A stretch of 44,284 nucleotides of DNA from a virus (taxonomy: Duplodnaviria; Caudoviricetes), in the IMG/VR virus record IMGVR_UViG_3300029290_000003, positions 1-44,284 of that record; one strand, written 5' to 3'. Made by a program: the position numbers and the translations under genes. Every line of letters starts with the position of its first letter. The first letter of the stretch is position 1. This document shows positions 42,344-44,284 of the stretch, piece after piece. Under the pieces are notes generated by a model that ran no database searches, had not been told where the DNA came from, and saw nothing but the letters and a program-made list of their open reading frames with translations.

Positions 42344-42756
42344 CAGATTTGAATAAGTTAAGAAGTGAGTTTGAGGCACTGCCTTTAATTAAAGAGAAGT
42401 TGAATGCTGTTTATTTTGATGAAACTTTAAATTCTTATTTTGCAGCAATGATAAACAGTTCGCCAACAGTCAAATATGTACAAGGTGCATGGATGGCATG
42501 GCAAGAAAAAGCCAAAGCTCAGGTGGTGCCAGAAACTCACACACATAGTGTGATTTTAACGTGTGCTGAATTAAAAGAAGCTTATGACTTTGGTGCACCA
42601 GATGGTGAGATAGATCAATTCCAGATGGAAACTGAAATGCTTATCAAATGGCTCGATGATGGTTATGACGGTGCAGGATACTACTGTTGGTATGCTGATT
42701 TGCCTGAGGAAGGTTGTATTAAGTTGGGTGAAAGCGAATCGGGAGCTGAGGGATGA
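42340..42756 (+). CDS. hypothetical protein
   Basis: coupled ORF. Confidence 0.75.
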   Translation: MTDLNKLRSEFEALPLIKEKLNAVYFDETLNSYFAAMINSSPTVKYVQGAWMAWQEKAKAQVVPETHTHSVILTCAELKEAYDFGAPDGEIDQFQMETEMLIKWLDDGYDGAGYYCWYADLPEEGCIKLGESESGAEG

Positions 42757-42977
42757 GTGAATTTGATATGGCTTATTTTGATGTAAAGCTCTTTATATCG
42801 CGTTGGAGTACTGGAGTTATTTATAAAGGCTTATATGTGGAAATGGATGAGAGTAGAACGTTCGCATATAAAGTCTTTGATAATGAAAACTGCGGTAAAG
42901 AGCTAGAAAGCTTTATTAGTATGCAAGAGGCAATTGAATATATAGATAAAGTTAAAGCGGAAAGTAAGGAGGGGTGA
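42753..42977 (+). CDS. hypothetical protein
   Basis: coupled ORF, AT-rich. Confidence 0.65.
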   Translation: MSEFDMAYFDVKLFISRWSTGVIYKGLYVEMDESRTFAYKVFDNENCGKELESFISMQEAIEYIDKVKAESKEG

Positions 42978-43268
42978 ATGGGAATAATGCAATTTTCAAT
43001 CACTTTGGAGGGCGACGCCCCTCCTCATATTTTGCTTGGTCAAAACCTTGGTGGCGCTATTGTCACCAAGTTGGAACAAGTCAAACGTGAATTGGTCAGT
43101 GCTGCTGAGTTAGCTAAAACTTATAATTTGAGTGTGACCACAATTAGAGAAAAACTGATTTCTATCAATCAGGGCACTGGTGGAAAACACATGTATGACC
43201 CTGAACGAGCACATCAAATTCTGACCAATGATAAAGGAAGTAAACGTGGTAGAAAGAGAGCTAATTAG
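42978..43268 (+). CDS. probable excisionase / HTH DNA-binding protein
   Basis: LVSAAELAKTYNLSVTTIR HTH; basic tail; convergent with the integrase. Confidence 0.7.
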   Translation: MGIMQFSITLEGDAPPHILLGQNLGGAIVTKLEQVKRELVSAAELAKTYNLSVTTIREKLISINQGTGGKHMYDPERAHQILTNDKGSKRGRKRAN

Positions 43269-44284
43269 CTCTCACTACTATTGAACATTTCAACAAGATC
43301 CTGAGCATTTGGATTGTAGTAAGTGTTAATTAATACCCCAATTGTTTTATGCCCTGTTATCTTTGCAAGCACTTCAACAGGCAGTCTTCTTTCGCGAACC
43401 ATTCTAGTAATAGCTTCATGTCTGGCGTCATGGAAATTGATATGATCTAATCCTGCGGCTTTCTTTTGAGTAATCCACACCCTTTTAAAAGTTTCTGTTT
43501 TAACTGGTACTAAACGATCATTTTCAGAAGGAATAATGGACAGTAATCTTTTTGCTTCACGTGATAATGGCACATTTCTAGAATCGCCATTCTTTGTAAT
43601 AGGTAAATGAATGAATCCTTCTTTAATATCACATCTACGCATCGCCAGAATTTCGCCTAATCTCATCGCAGTTTCTAATGCAAAAAGCATTGACCAGCCC
43701 ATATAATGTTTAACAAGCTTAGGGGGAGTAGTTTTATCCCAACCCACTTGCTTTAACATTATTTCTTGCTCTTCTACACTTATTCTTTGATTTCGCCCCT
43801 TTCCTTTTTCTGGTTTTACTACTGCATGCCACACATTTGACTTAATTAAAAAAAGCTCTTTTTGCGCATAAGTAAAAATAGCGGAGAAAATAGAAAACTC
43901 TTGCAGGACGGTACTTGATTTAACTTCTAGCAACCGCTTGTTTCTCCATCTCACAACATCATTAGGTTCGATATCATGAATAGACTTTGATGCTATATCA
44001 CCAAACATATCTTCAAGTTTATTAATCTTGATGCGAATAGTGTTTTTTGATTTTAATTTTATGCCTTTTTCTAAATAATATTTCTCACAGAGATTCTTAA
44101 ATGAAAAATGGGGTTTAATACCATTTTCTATATCAGCTTTACCTGATTTTAATTCAAGTAGTTTTAAAGCTGCCCATTGTTCACACTCCTTTGCGGTGTC
44201 CCGAGTACAAGAATATCTTTGTTTGTTAAAAGTCACGGTGATACGATAAGTTTCACCACGTTTAATAGGTTTGGGAAGCTTCAT
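43265..44284 (-). CDS. int: tyrosine integrase
   Basis: TAMRLGEI, FHDARHEAITR and TGHK...TYY catalytic residues. Confidence 0.96.
   Translation of the reverse strand: MKLPKPIKRGETYRITVTFNKQRYSCTRDTAKECEQWAALKLLELKSGKADIENGIKPHFSFKNLCEKYYLEKGIKLKSKNTIRIKINKLEDMFGDIASKSIHDIEPNDVVRWRNKRLLEVKSSTVLQEFSIFSAIFTYAQKELFLIKSNVWHAVVKPEKGKGRNQRISVEEQEIMLKQVGWDKTTPPKLVKHYMGWSMLFALETAMRLGEILAMRRCDIKEGFIHLPITKNGDSRNVPLSREAKRLLSIIPSENDRLVPVKTETFKRVWITQKKAAGLDHINFHDARHEAITRMVRERRLPVEVLAKITGHKTIGVLINTYYNPNAQDLVEMFNSSES

Larger units (their letters stand above)
2096..44284. mobile_element. temperate siphovirus prophage (left boundary uncertain; may include 1..2095)
   Basis: complete lambdoid module order from lysis to integrase. 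Confidence 0.93.

Noticed and set aside
1-44284. tRNA genes, IS elements, reverse transcriptase, DGR or retron
   Set aside because: No cloverleaf, transposase, RT motif or template/variable repeat pair found by eye; tRNAscan and a self-dotplot would confirm

Overview
The window is a near-complete temperate siphovirus prophage with an HK97-type head and a lambda-like tail. The host is very probably Acinetobacter, judged from a UmuDAb-type SOS box and the protein families. It runs from a left cargo end (a paralog pair of unknown function, a GFA protein, a SRAP peptidase and an orphan umuC) through lysis, tail, head and packaging, a late/nin region, replication, a cro/cI switch, an early operon with RecT and an exonuclease, and xis/int at the right edge. 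No att sites could be identified inside the window. The main points of interest are: (1) an Acb2 anti-CBASS sponge gene preceded by a riboswitch-like leader (two hairpins, a possible pseudoknot and a terminator); (2) a Wzy/O-antigen-ligase-family moron directly behind a tailspike that has a sialidase-like Asp-box propeller; (3) an unannotated 39-aa lipoprotein after the endolysin, in a cassette with no recognisable spanin; (4) a promoter-proximal three-way-junction/pseudoknot RNA leading a head-tail moron; (5) two predicted small antisense RNAs on either side of the immunity region; (6) a lambda-type GGGAAAG tail-chaperone frameshift. All RNA structures were folded by eye and no searches were run.
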